From Malacoraja senta (taxonomy: Eukaryota), in the NCBI GenBank assembly GCA_038087875.1, contig CM075992.1:10046001-10110000 (forward strand): a stretch of 64,000 bases of DNA, in the 5' to 3' direction. The stretch's first letter is position 1. Every line of letters starts with the position of its first letter. This document shows, piece after piece, positions 51,851-64,000 of the stretch. The notes under the pieces were generated by a model that was not told the DNA's origin, did not search any database, and saw nothing but the letters and a program-made list of their open reading frames with translations. The translations under genes and the position numbers were made by a program.

Positions 51851-53948
51851 ACCCCTAACTCTCTGTCTCTTCCTCCCGCACTATTGCACATGCATTTTCC
51901 CAATATTCCACCTCGTCGCACTGCACCTTCCCCTTATTTAGTACACACTTCTCACCCCGACCCTAATTCATATTTTATCGCTTCTCTTCTCTCTCTGCTG
52001 TTCCACCTCTATATTATCCTCTCACTTTACATTTCATTCATCTCCCCTCTTACCTGACATCATTCTGTGCCTTTTGTCACTTGCTCCATACACCTGCTAA
52101 TCTACCATTTAGATGTATCGACGTCACTATTTCGGGCTGGAAGACCAGTGGTGTGCCTCAAGGACCGGTGCTGGACCCATTGCTGTGGTCTATATCAATG
52201 ATTTGGATAAATATTTACAAGGCAAGATGGGGTGGATGAACATTTGTGTGCTCAAACGTCATAGTATGAGGTGTGCCGTGGACATTATCAGAGACATAGG
52301 AATCCCGGTTTCCTACAGTTGCTGAGATAATCGGTTGGTGCTGAGCACCAAGAACGAACCATGACATCTCAATCAGGAGGAAATTATGACTGCCCGCAAT
52401 CGCAGCTGATCAATGATAAATTAGGGGGAAAAAACGCTGATTCTAGGAAATGTGTTATTTTAAACCGGGGCAAAATTGGTTCAGTGTAGAAAATTAGAGG
52501 ATTCATTCTAAAGCAATAGTAGGAGGTCGAGGACAGAACCGAAGTGAAGAGGTTGGCAAACGTGCAAGTGACCAAATAAGCATAATATATTAAATCTGCG
52601 TATACAATGTATGTAACAGCATTGTATATATTTTCATTTCGAAGGACCGACGAACGAGCTACTCTACCTCTTCATCATTTTTGACAAAGACCATCAATTC
52701 ATCACGTCATCAGTCCCAGATCTGTCTGAACATATTTACTCCTTTGGTGAGATTGACATTTATGAGCCCAGTAGGAACTGAACTATTTTTTGAAACCTTC
52801 ATTGACCTGAAAAATAAAGGTCATTATCGATTGCTTTTCGTAATGACTCTCTGGCCTGTGTAGTAACTCCTGTGCCTCATGTTGTACTGCCCTTCCGAAA
52901 AGTACGCTGCGCTTCTCGTGTTCTTACAAAAAACAAATGTTTGACGTAATCCCACATTCTACCCTGTCCACTGATATTCTGCTCTGTATGTTCATCTCAC
53001 TGTTGCCCTGTGCATTTGAGCTCTCACGTTGATATCTAAAATACAGAATCAGCAGAGCTTTCCACGCATTACAGATGGATGATCCTCATCCAGTTCTATG
53101 TCTACGCGTTGGCGATTTTCCAACTGTTTATACATCTTTTATTTTGTGTCGTGCAGCACAGTGCAGACAGAAGAGAGGAAGATGTTGGAAGAATTGCCCC
53201 AAAAGCTATAAAAAAATCCGGAACTTGCCACGACAAGCTAAAATGTTGCAAATCAAGTTTTGTATATTTGTATTTTTCCTGAATAAATAAAAATGGTGTT
53301 ATCACAGCTACGCTTCTCTTTTGAAGTAACCTCCCACTCGACGTAAAATGTATTAGGAAAGAAGCGAGCATTTGGGAACAACGGTCAGTATAGGCTGCAA
53401 TACAGCAGCCATAGGCTGTTGACTGGGAGACGTATTTTGTGCTTTACTCTCTCGTGTCCATCTGCAAAACCTGTGATATGGGTGTCAGTGAGACAGACAT
53501 GTCATCGAGAGACCACATCCATTCAAAGAAAAAAACGTCAAAAATGGTTCACATCTTAACTGCCTGATATGTTAACCTACTGATCACATGGCTGCAGCCA
53601 GACGGCATCAATGACCTGTTCCAACACTCCCCACGCACCCACCCCAACCTGAGTGCTTCCGAGTATGTCATTATCACAAAAAAACTGTTAACTATTACCG
53701 GTGCTGTCAGATTATTCGTCGTCAGCATTGGTTAATAAAAAAAAACTGCCTCACGGTGCTGATTCAATAAGCAGAGGTAAAGGAGGCCTGTATTAAAACG
53801 TACCCCTCAAATATGCTTCCAATTTCTCCCTCTCCCCTTAGATCTATTAATTCTAGTTCCTGTTTCTGCTGCATCGAGGAAAAGCAAATTTCTAAGCAGC
53901 CTTAAAAAAAAGTCCTGCAGTTTACCGAGACATTAGCCCCTGTGTAGA

Positions 53949-54460
53949 AGTCAAAGTCAAAGTCAAAGTCAATTTTATTCGTCACATGCACCCGAAGGTG
54001 CAGTGAAATGAATTTGCCAGCAGCGATACACTTAAAAAGAACACGCAATACACAATAAAATTAAAAACAAACATCCACCACAACCTTCTTCATTGTGGTG
54101 GAAGGCAACCAAGATCAGCCATTCCTCCTCCTTTGTTCACCCGTGGTCGGGGCCATAAACCCTCCGTAGTCACCGCTCCAGACCGTTCTCGTTGAACAGG
54201 CTCACTCGTCGGGATGATCCAAACTCCGACGTCGAGAGAGTGAAACACACTCCGGGGCTTGGAGGTCCCGAATCGGCACTTTCCCACCGGAGTCCGTGGC
54301 TTCACGATGTTATAGGCTGCAGGCCGGCGATCGGAGCTCTTCTCCGGTGAGGGATCACAGGCTCTGGATGGTCTGTCCACGCCCCACCCACGGCCAGAAA
54401 CACCGCAGACCGTGGATTCAGGATGTGATAGGCCGCGGGCCGCCGGTGGGAGAAAACCAC
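53949..54460 (-). mobile_element. Non-autonomous retroposon related to 41672-42487
   Basis: (AAGTCA)n tail + TTTTATTCGTCACATGCACC and shared downstream segments with the 41.7-kb copy. Confidence 0.5.
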
Positions 54461-54669
54461 GTTGCATCCTCCTAAATATCCCAGACATTTACAATATAAA
54501 TACTGTCATACCAAATTCCATAAGCAACTCCCCTGCATTAATATTGCGCCGGTTGGTACTATCCATACTGACCGTTCAGAATAAGGGGATAAAACTAGAT
54601 ATCCTTCCTTACTCATCAGTCGTTGATAAAGATGGATTGACCTCTGTTACAAGCCCAGAATCTGGAACA

Positions 54670-54965
54670 AAGGTACAGCATAGAAAAAAGCCATTCAGCC
54701 AACCGAGTCCGTACTGACCATTGATCACCCGTTCAAACTAGTTTATGCTATCCCACATTCTCATCCATTCCCCACACATTAGGGACAATTTACAGAGGCC
54801 AATTAACCTACAAACTTACCCATTTTTAAAATGTGACCTGAAATTGGAGCACCCGGAGGAAGCCCACGCGTTCACAGGTAGAATGTGCAACCGGCACACA
54901 GATAGTAGCCGCGGTCACCATCGACCCACGTCTCAGGCGCTGAAGATGTCGCTCTACAACCTGTG
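54670..54965 (-). mobile_element. tRNA-derived SINE, diverged
   Basis: Body matches the SINE family (GGGACAATTTACAGAGGCCAATTAACCTACAAAC..). Confidence 0.7.
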
Positions 54966-55339
54966 CCAATGTTCAGCCAATTCTGCCCCTTCCACCCCCT
55001 GGCGACTGTGATAGATCCCGCCAGAATCTGGAGATTTATCCATCTGTGACCAAGTGATTTATTTTCCCTTCTGACGCCGGAATCTACAAAATATCAAACT
55101 GTTTCGTCACGTTTAAGACGCCGCTGACCACCTATCCGTTGAACTCTTGTTATCTTATTTTGAAATTCTTCACACTGTTTGATGTCGCTTTGCCACTCTA
55201 GCCACTGCCTCCAATCTATTCCCACTTCTCTTGCACTATTGAATCCGCCTCTCCACAGTTTAGGGCCGTGGATCGAGGAATAACCTTATATGTTTCCAAA
55301 GACTAAACAGAACGCATGGAACGTGATGCTGACAGAAGT

Positions 55340-56170
55340 ATTTATATTGTCATGAAACACGGCTTCCTGTTCCACCGATTACACGCCACAAGTCCTGGTA
55401 ACACGACGTCCCATGATTGCATTGAGCACCTGTTACGCCCCCACCAGTCGTCAAGAATCATGTCCATCACGCACACACAGTTGCTGGGAAATATTCAGGC
55501 TGCAGAGCAGGCAAAATCGGTAAAATGAGGCAGGCAAGAACCAAAACAAGGCAGCGTTCCATGGCAAGGTGAACCCCACCCAGTACGACGTAGGACAGCA
55601 GATCGTGCTCTACGTCATCCCATGCACAGCAGACCCATCCCCTAGATTCTCAGGATGTGATGACGTCGTTGTTGACCCTATAATCTCTACAGGGTATCAA
55701 CTGACGTTTCGATAAAAAATACTCTAATCTATGGTTTAGTACAACTTAATATGTATTAACGAGTAACTTAAACATGCATGCAAACAATTGACTTCTAATA
55801 ACTTCTCATTTACTTTACTATTTGAAATTATCACTTCTTACACTGAATCACAAAATTCATGTCTTGGAGTCAGATATTACCCGTATGAATGAATTGGCCA
55901 GATTCACTCTGTTGGTCGGGGTTTTGTCTTCTCTGAGCTTTGGACTCGGGTCCCACCTTCTTGCGATGGTTGTTCCCGAGTTGTCGCTGCCGATGTCTCG
56001 GGCCGCCCTTCTTTTATACGACTTTTCCTTCAAACTTCGAAAGGAAGCCTTCGTTCATACCCAAGGCTCTCATGGGTTTACAGTCAACCATTTCAAGCAG
56101 TCACACATCTTCATTCCTTATCTGGCAAGGAATTCTTAATTATGTTGCCTGTTCATATCTCTTTCTCATC
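55340..56170. mobile_element. Old Gypsy-like integrase C-terminal remnant (+) next to an LTR-like segment (-)
   Basis: NQNKAAFHGKVNPTQYDVGQQIVL..SPRFSG resembles the GPY/F region; minus-strand TATAAAA at ~56013-56019. Confidence 0.4.
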
Positions 56171-56527
56171 AGTGACACATTTTGCAATATGCCCGTTCCA
56201 GGCACCTTATCTTCTCATGGCCGCACTGCCTCGTCGTGAAGTTACCTTCATATCTGCTCCCACCAGATGTGAATGATGTGACCATTTTCACTACGCCCCT
56301 TTGCTCTCCTGGCTCCAGCATTTTGCTCCATCTGTCTCTAGCCAGCAGTATCCACCCAAAGCCTGTCGGGATACTTGACATCCAGTTCCAGGCTATATAT
56401 CGCCCCTTTGTTTAGCGTTTAGCGAATTGGAGCACACTGAACCTTGGCCACATATCATCTCATACATGTAAATATCTGAGTCTTTGCCATGTTACAATTT
56501 CCTACAAAGCATAGTCATGCAAATATA

Positions 56528-57221
56528 TCTCTATAATACTAAAATTCTTCGTCTTGTTTGTGGCGGTATGTGAATGTGTATTAATCTGGTTAATTCCTAT
56601 TTTCTTCCAAACACTAGGCGTCAGCGTTCCCATTTTCAAACACCCTTCTCACATTTTTCGCGTCGAGGCGATAAACATTTCCCGTCGCATTCCCACATAT
56701 ATTTTCGATTTTTTTAATCGTTTAAATTTTTAAAAACAGCCCGAAAACTCACCCATTTCGAAAAAACCCCAGTAACATCACAATGCACTCGCAAGGCAGG
56801 ACGGGACACTCCGGGAGGGAGGGGCAGTCCAGTGATCGCGGTGAGCGAGGAGTGGCGGCGGCTGCCGGCTCCCGACGGCCGGTGGGGAGGGTGGTGCTGG
56901 AGCTGGAGTTAGGACCAAGCCCATGACCGGGGCCGAGAAAGAATCCGCCGCTTGAACCAAGGACGAGCCTGGGTCCGGAGTCAGGGATGAGCCCGGAGAT
57001 GAAGTCGGGGCCTGCACTGGAGTCCAGGTGGCGTCCGAGCTGACGGCTGCAGTCTGCAGCGAAGGCGGGTTGATTACGAGAACCAAGCCGAGTTCCAGGC
57101 GCTGGCGCTGCTCTACGACCTTGGTAGGTCCTGGGGCAGTGAGGGAAGGGGGATAAGGGAAATGAGGAGGAGGGAGATGGGGTGTGGAATGGGGTGGTGG
57201 AGGGAGATTGGGGTGGGGGGA
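56528..57221 (+). mobile_element. Probable non-autonomous Helitron 5' portion
   Basis: A|TCTCTATAATACTAAAATTCTTCGTCTTGTTTG resembles the 41254 Helitron start (TCTATATTACTGAAACTGTCATCTTGTTTG). No 3' terminus found. Confidence 0.55.
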
Positions 57222-57990
57222 TCCTCTCCTTTGCCAGCACATCCTTCCTCAGATATGGTGCCCAAAATTGCTCACAATATTTCAAATGCATTCTTACCAG
57301 CGCTTGATAGAGCCTTAAAATTACATCCCTATTTTTGGATACAAGACCTCTGAAATAATTGAGTTTGCTTTCGTTACTACCGATTCGAATTGCAGTGTAA
57401 AGTGCGTCATTTGCGCGTAATTTACGCGACATCATTTACGCGTCACGATGCACGTCGTGCCGCGCACGTAATGCGTGCATGGTGCGTGGTGACCTAGGCA
57501 GTGATCCGCAGTCCCGCGCGGCGCCCCAGGATTTTAGGATGTGCAAAATGTTCACGCGCCATCTGCGTGAAGCGCAAATGACGCCCAAGTGGGACAGGCC
57601 CTTAAATTGGGAATCCTGCACCAGCACTCCCAAGGCCTTTGCACCTCCGATTTCTGGATTCTCACCCCATTTAGAAAATAGTTTACGCCTTTAATCGTAC
57701 AACCAAAATGCATCACTTCACAATTTGCGACACCATATTCATTTTGCCAATTCTTTCCCAACTCTCCCAAGCTGTTCATGTCCTTCTGCAGATTCCCTGC
57801 TTTCTCCACACTACGTACCCCACCAGCTATTTTCGTATGATCCGTAAACTTTGGCACAAAGCCTTCAAACCCCCCGTCCAAATCATTAGTATACAACGTG
57901 AAGAGTAGCGGCCCCATCACTGACCCTTGCGGAATTCCACTAGTCACTGTCAGCCAACCAGAATAAGCCCATTTTTGCCACTCTTTGCCT
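57222..57990 (-). mobile_element. CR1 LINE RT fragment, interrupted by a MITE
   Basis: TSGIPQGSVMGPLLFTLYTNDLD..KFTDHTK; LYQALVRMHLKYCEQFWAPYLRKD. Confidence 0.8.
57404..57602. mobile_element. PIF/Harbinger-like MITE, one terminus lost
   Basis: Inverted repeat GCGTCATTTGCGC (57404-57416) and GCGCAAATGACGC (57572-57584); terminal AAGTGGGACAGGCCCT followed by TAA; CpG-rich palindromic body. Confidence 0.65.
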
Positions 57991-58279
57991 TCTGCGTTCT
58001 CTGTGGTAACGACCTATTCGGAAATATGGACTCAGGACTGAGGTTGGGGTGGGTGCGTGGGGAGTGTTGGAATAAGGCATTGTTGCTGTGTGGCTGCAGC
58101 CATGTGGTCTGCATATAAATATATCAGGCATTTAAGATGTGAACCATTATTGTCGTATTTAAATTGAATTTATGTTCTCTCCGAAGTCATGTCTGGCTGA
58201 ATAGGACCCATATTACAGGTTTTGCAGATGGACACAAGAGAGTAGGGCACAAAACATTGATCTCAGTCATGTACGTCAA

Positions 58280-60845
58280 TAGAATAGACAATAGACAATA
58301 GGTGCAGGAGTAGGCCATACGGCCCTTCGAGCCAGCACCGCCATTCAATGTGATCATGGCTGATCATCCATAAAGTCCCTGTTCAACTCATCTGCCATTT
58401 CCTTGTTCCCCATAATAAATTCACACTTTTTCTGTCTTCAAGTGTCCAACTTTGGTCTTAACTATTTTTTTCCTCTTCACATACCTAAATAAGCTTCTAC
58501 TATCCTCCTTTATATTCTTGGCAAAGTCAAGGGCGAATGGATGCTGCACTGCAGCCTTTTCTGACTGCTGTTGCCGATTTTCGTTTCTTTCTTGATAAAC
58601 TTTATTTCCAGCAGGTTACTTCAAAAGATAAGCAAGGAAAAGCGAAGCTGTGATAATGCAACTATTATTTATTCATGCACACTTTATTACCGATGTCCAA
58701 AACATGCACTGCAACATTTCATCCTGTAGGTGCGAGTTCCGATTTCCTCAAATTTGTTGCGGCAACCCACCCTACACACTCCTTGAATTCTTCTGCAATG
58801 CGCTGTACGGCAGAAAATAAAAGCTGAATAAAAAGTAGGTAAACCATTTTATTTACATATGCAGCGAAATACTATGGAAGCGTTGAATAACATATTGTGT
58901 GCAATGCGGAAAACACAACTCCTGGTGACTAATAGCATCTTAATAACCTTTCTCCTTGTTCACGATTACAACGGAATGAACAGAATCTAGTAAATGGCTG
59001 ATCATCCCCAATCAGTACCGCGCTCCTGCCTTCTCCCCATATCCCCAGACTCCACTGTCTTTAAGAGCCCTATCAAGCTCTCTCTTGAAAGTATCCAGAG
59101 AACGGGCCTCCACAGACTCACAACTCTCTGTGAAAAAGTGTTTCCTCTTCTTTCTAAACGGCTTACCCCTTATTCTTAAAATGTGGCCCCTGGTTCTGGA
59201 CTCCCCCAACACCGGGAACGTGTTTCCTGCTTCTAGCGTGTCCAAACCCATAATAATCTTATATGTTTCAATAAGATCCACTCTTATCCTTCTAAATTCC
59301 AGATTATACAAGCCTAGCCACTCCATTCTCTCAGCATATGACAGTCCCGACATCCCGGGAATTATCCTTGTGAAGCTACCCTGCACACTCTCAATGGCAA
59401 TAACGTCGTTCCTCCAATTAGGCGACAAAAACTGCACACAACACTCCAGGTGTGGTCTCACTAGCGCCCTAAACAACTGCAAAAGTACCTCTTTGCTCCT
59501 ATACTCAACTCATCTTGATAAGAAGGTCAACATGTCATTCACTTTCTTCACTGCCTGATGTACATGCATGTTTAAGAAGGAACTGCAGATGCTGGATGAT
59601 CGAAGGTGACAAAAATGCTGGAGAAACTCAGCGGGTGAGGCAGCATCTATGTAGCGAAGGAAATAGGCGACGTTTCGGGTCGAGACCCTTCCTGCTGTAC
59701 CTGCATGCTTACTTTCATTGACTGATGAACAAGGACCCCCCCCCAGATCCCGTTGTACTTCCCCTTTCCCCAACTTGACAACATTTAGATAATAATCTGC
59801 CTTCCTGTTTTTGCTACCGAAGTGGATAAACTCACATTTATCCACATTAAGCTACATCTGCCATGCATCTGCCCACTCACCAAACCTGTCCAAGTCACCC
59901 TGCATTCTCATAGCATTCTCCTCACAGTTCACACTCACACCCAATTTTGTGTTATCAGCAAAATTGCTAATGTTGCTTTGAATCTCTGCATCTAAATCAT
60001 TGATGTATATTGTAAATAGCTGCAGTCCCAGCACCGAGCCTTGCGGTACCCCACTCATCACTGCCTGCCATTCTGAAAGGGACCCGTTAATCCCTACTCT
60101 TTCTTTCCTTACTGTGCACAACGTTTCACATTAATCTCCTATGTGGGACTTTATGCAATGCTTTCTGAAAGTCTAGGTACATTAGATCCCCTTTGTCCAT
60201 TTTCCTAGTCACATCGTCAAAACATTCCAGAAGATTAGTCAAGCATGATTTCCCCTTCGTAAATCCATGCAAACTCAGACCGATCCTGTTACTGTAATCC
60301 AATGTGCCGCTATTTCATCTTTTATGATTGACTCCAGCATCTTCCCTTCCACCGATGTCAGGCGAACTGATCTATATTTCCCCGTTTCCTCTCTCACACC
60401 TTTCTTAAAAAGTGGGATAACATTAACTACCCACCAATCCACATTAACTGATCCTGAATCTGCAGAACATTGGAAAATGAGCAATGCATTCACGATTTCT
60501 AGAGCCACTCCTTAGGTACCCTGCGATGCAGACCACCAGGCCCTGGGGATTTATCAGTCTTCAGTCCCATCAGTCTACACAACACCATTTCCTGCCTAAT
60601 GTGGATTTTCCTCGGTTCCTCCGCCACCCCAGATCCTCTGGCCAATAGTATATCAGGAAGATTGTTTGTGTCCTCCTTGGTGAAGACGGATCCAAAGTCC
60701 CTGTTCAACTCATCTGCCATTTCCTTTTCCCCCATAATACATTTACCCTTTTACAGTCTTCAAAGGTCCAACTTTGGTCTTAACTATTTTTTTCCTCTTC
60801 ACATACTGATATAAGCTTTTACTATCCTCCTTTATTTTCTTGGCA
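58280..60845 (-). mobile_element. CR1 LINE, 5'-truncated, with insertions
   Basis: DKSPGPGGLH..; DWWVVNVIPLFKKG; SGVPQGSVLG..FADNTKLG; RPHLECCVQF; (CAATAGA)n tail at ~58280. Confidence 0.85.
58372..58993 (+). repeat. Direct duplicate of 60694-61304
   Basis: Collinear alignment over ~620 bp; 9 mismatches in one 117-bp stretch counted by hand. Confidence 0.92.
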
Positions 60846-61682
60846 AAGTCAAGTGCGAATGGATGCTACACTGCAGCCTTTTCTGACTGCTGTTGCCGAT
60901 TTCCGCTTCTTTCCTGATAAACCCTATTTCCAGCAGGTTACATCAAAAGAGAAGCAAGGTGTGATAATGCAACTATTTTTTATTCATGCACATTTTATTA
61001 CCGATGTCAAGAACGTGCACTGCAACATTTTATCTTGTGGGTACAAGTTCCGATTTCCTTAAAGTCGCCGCCACAATTAACCATACACACTCCTTTCTTT
61101 CGTCTGCAATCCGCTGTACGGAAGAAAATAAAAGCTGAATAAACAGTAGGTAAATCATTTTATTTACATATGCAGCGAAATACAATGGAATTGTTGAATA
61201 ACATATTGTGTGCAATGCGGAAAACACAACTCCTGGTGAATAATATCATCTTAATAACCCTTCTCCTGGTTCAACATTACAACGGAATTAATAGAATCTA
61301 GTAAATGTAGTATGTTTGCATTTCTTGAAGGTCCAAATGAAAGGACGGCTTTGGCAAAAAATATCAGCGAATGTCTCAGCTAAGGAGGAATTATGTTGAT
61401 ACAGTACAGGGAACATTCACTGGAATGATACATTCTCTGTATTAAGTCAGATGGATGCGTTCCTTTGCACCCTATCATCCAGTCGTCCTTTGAAATGACA
61501 ATATAAACAATTATCTTTCTTAAATTGTATGGACATTTTAATATATTTTGCTTACGTGGGCACGTGCACGTTTGCCTACCTCTTCTATTCGGTTCGGTCC
61601 ACTTTTGAGTGATCTGAATCCAATAAATCCTTTCACGTTCCACACTGAACCAATTAGGACTCCATGTATGTGTTTATTCGTT

Positions 61683-61684
<2 letters not shown>

Positions 61685-61728
<44 letters not shown>
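61685..61728. repeat. (TG)n microsatellite
   Basis: Perfect dinucleotide run of about 22 units. Confidence 0.95.
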
Positions 61729-61729
<1 letters not shown>

Positions 61730-62348
61730 TAGAGCATTGAACGCTCTTTTCATGGATTGCACACAATATTAAAGAGCACAGCTTTACATCAACACTCTCC
61801 AAACGCCATCGATATGTGGTCTCGAACTATGTGTGCACAAATGTTCATCCTCCCATACCTGTGCCATATCCCTCTGCGAACCGATGAGTCAGGAGCAACA
61901 TTGCATAGATGAAAAGAAGCACGGTTCTCATCTTCGCTTCCCGATCAGGATCAAATAATGCGAGGAGATATTGTGTCTGATGGTAGACTTTGCTTTATAT
62001 ATATTGTGAGGCAGTGCCTTGAGTTGGCGAGCATGGTGGTGCACGCGGGTGGGCAGTGTGGTTGCTTTGTTCCAGAAAGCGCCCGCCGGTCTGACTATTC
62101 CTCGTTGGCTCAGGAACACTGAGCAGATGCCAGCATGGTTTACCTAGCTGATATGAGCTGGTCATCAATAAATATGTGTCCTTGTTCCCCATTCCAAGAT
62201 TGGCCCGTCACACCGACTCCAGTCGCTAAAAGAGCCTACATGTCAAACTTCCAGACACGACTCCTTCCACACGGCATTCATGTCCACGTGATTCTTGCAA
62301 CGTGTCCAGGTGCAATGAATTAGATCTTCCACAAGAATATTAGAACTG

Positions 62349-63807
62349 ATCCTCCTCTCTCCAATGAAACTGAATAACATAAATTATAATAAGAACCCAA
62401 TTATTCATAGTACAATCCGTATTTGGAAACAAATAAAACAAAATTTAAAATTAAGAAATTTATCACTTTTATTACCTATAGTCAATAACCCTTCGTTTAG
62501 TCCTTCTATTATAGATAAAGCTTATACACAATGGGATAGACTAGGAATTAAAACGCTTGGTGACTTGTATGAAACTGGAAAATTACTTTCATTTCAACAA
62601 TTACAAATAAAATATTAACTCGGAAATAATCAATATTTTAAATATTTTCAAATATGCGACTATTTGAAAAAATATACAAAAGATCATTATAATAACCCAG
62701 TAGATGTATTGGACGAGGCAATGCAGATACAAGCGGAATCAGCAAACTTAATATCATATTTGTATAATATTATTTTAAATGTACAAATACCACCTACGGA
62801 GGGTATCAGAAGAGACTGGGAACAAGAGTTAGCTATTAAAATTTCAAAGGAAAGTTGGAATGAATACTTATTAATCGTGCATAAATGCTCGATTAATGTA
62901 AGACACACTTTAATACAATTTAAAATTTTACATAGATTATATTATTCGAAAACTAAAATTCATAAAATTTTCCCAAACGTATCATCTATTTGTGATAAAT
63001 GTCAATCCCAAGAAGCTACTATAGCGCACTCATTCGTCTTCTGTACAAAAATTCAAAAATTATGGAATGAAATTTTTGAAATCTTTACAAAGTTATTTAA
63101 AACAAGACTGATACCCAAAGCAGAATGGATTATCTTCGGAATAACGGAAGATGATCCAGAACTAAATGTGTTTCAAAATAAATTAATGGACTATGGGTTA
63201 ATAACTGGAAAAAAGCTAATTCTAAAATTTTGGAAGAAGGCTCCAATACCAACTATAAATAGGTGGATTTCAAATATGTTTGAAACACTACACCTAGAAG
63301 AGATAAGACTCCTCCTAGCAGGTAAACCAGATCACTTCCACCTGACGTGGTCTGCATTTATAGAATTATTACAAACATAGGGTGCAAAAGTACTTTAAAA
63401 AAAATAAAAAATTGAGGTCGGGTAAGGGGGGATGATAGTTGAAGAGTTGGTATGTCCTATTTACGTAATGCTCAAAAAAATATTTGTTTTTCTTTTTTTT
63501 TTCCTCTCTCTTTTTCTCTTTTTTTTCCTAGGGCCTATTTCTTAACTCTTTTTCTTTTGTTTTTAATTTCGCTCTTATAGGGTCTTCGTCCTTTTTTGTT
63601 GTTACATTTTCTACACTTTTCTACACTTTCACTTTTTCCTTCACTTTCTTCTCTCTTTCAATCTTTTCCTTTTCTAGTGTAAAAATAAGTAAATAAAGGG
63701 AGTACATTAATTGTAAGAAGATACAAATGACGAGTATTAATGTGTGTGGTTGTAATGTAATGTACTTCTAATAAATAAAAATAAATAAAAAATAAAAATA
63801 AAAAAAA
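62349..63807 (+). mobile_element. 5'-truncated L1-clade LINE (ORF2 C-terminus, 3' UTR, polyA)
   Basis: 16-bp perfect TSD AAGAATATTAGAACTG (62333-62348, 63808-63823). Reading frame runs from 62349 to the stop at 63380 with one internal stop (62616-62618). CCHC knuckle CDKC..H..C; AATAAA and A-rich tail. Confidence 0.92.
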
Positions 63808-64000
63808 AAGAATATTAGAACTGTTCTCAATTCATACAGCAGTACATAAAACGTAGCTTACTTCCCATTGCATTGTATTTGCAAAGGACTTTAGGTCAAA
63901 GATGTGCATTCTTTAGCAGTGCTTCTCCGCTTGTGCTTATCGTACATGTGTTTCCAATCGTAAGATGTATTGCCAGTGTGTTTCAAACTACATAACAGAC

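Noticed and set aside
56749..57435. 228-aa ORF as a novel gene
   Set aside because: It is a chimera of MITE, CR1 RT and GC-rich low-complexity sequence.
58975..58992. AATCTAG|T as the 3' end of the 56528 Helitron (also at ~61300)
   Set aside because: No clear subterminal hairpin, and it lies inside the templated duplication.
1..64000. CRISPR arrays, rRNA genes, prokaryotic operons
   Set aside because: No repeat-spacer arrays, rRNA-like sequence or operon structure; the sequence is vertebrate repeat-rich DNA.

Overview
Eukaryotic, repeat-dense vertebrate DNA. The mix of repeat families (CR1, Rex1/Babar-like and L1 LINEs, Penelope-like elements, tRNA-derived SINEs, DIRS, Gypsy, Helitron) and the receptor type suggest a cartilaginous fish such as a skate or ray (inference). 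I can support one intact host gene: a two-exon, minus-strand class A orphan GPCR of the GPR139/GPR142-like group, complement(join(31110..32020,36576..36642)), 325 aa. Its first exon is missed by the ORF track. Most of the rest is nested transposable-element debris. Largest elements: a degenerate DIRS (4937-9396); a 7.3-kb Helitron with both termini, inserted at an A|T site in a CR1 (41254-48534) and carrying an internally deleted Gypsy element; and a young 5'-truncated L1 with a 16-bp TSD. Most unusual observations: (1) ~95-bp TSD-flanked insertions made of little more than a minimal hammerhead-ribozyme motif; (2) an LTR followed by a ~42-nt tRNA-Leu copy instead of an 18-nt PBS; (3) a ~620-bp templated insertion flanked by a 14-bp duplication, whose non-CR1 part has a third diverged inverted copy; (4) a step up in CpG density near 29 kb. 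All alignments and counts were done by eye. No database searches were run.
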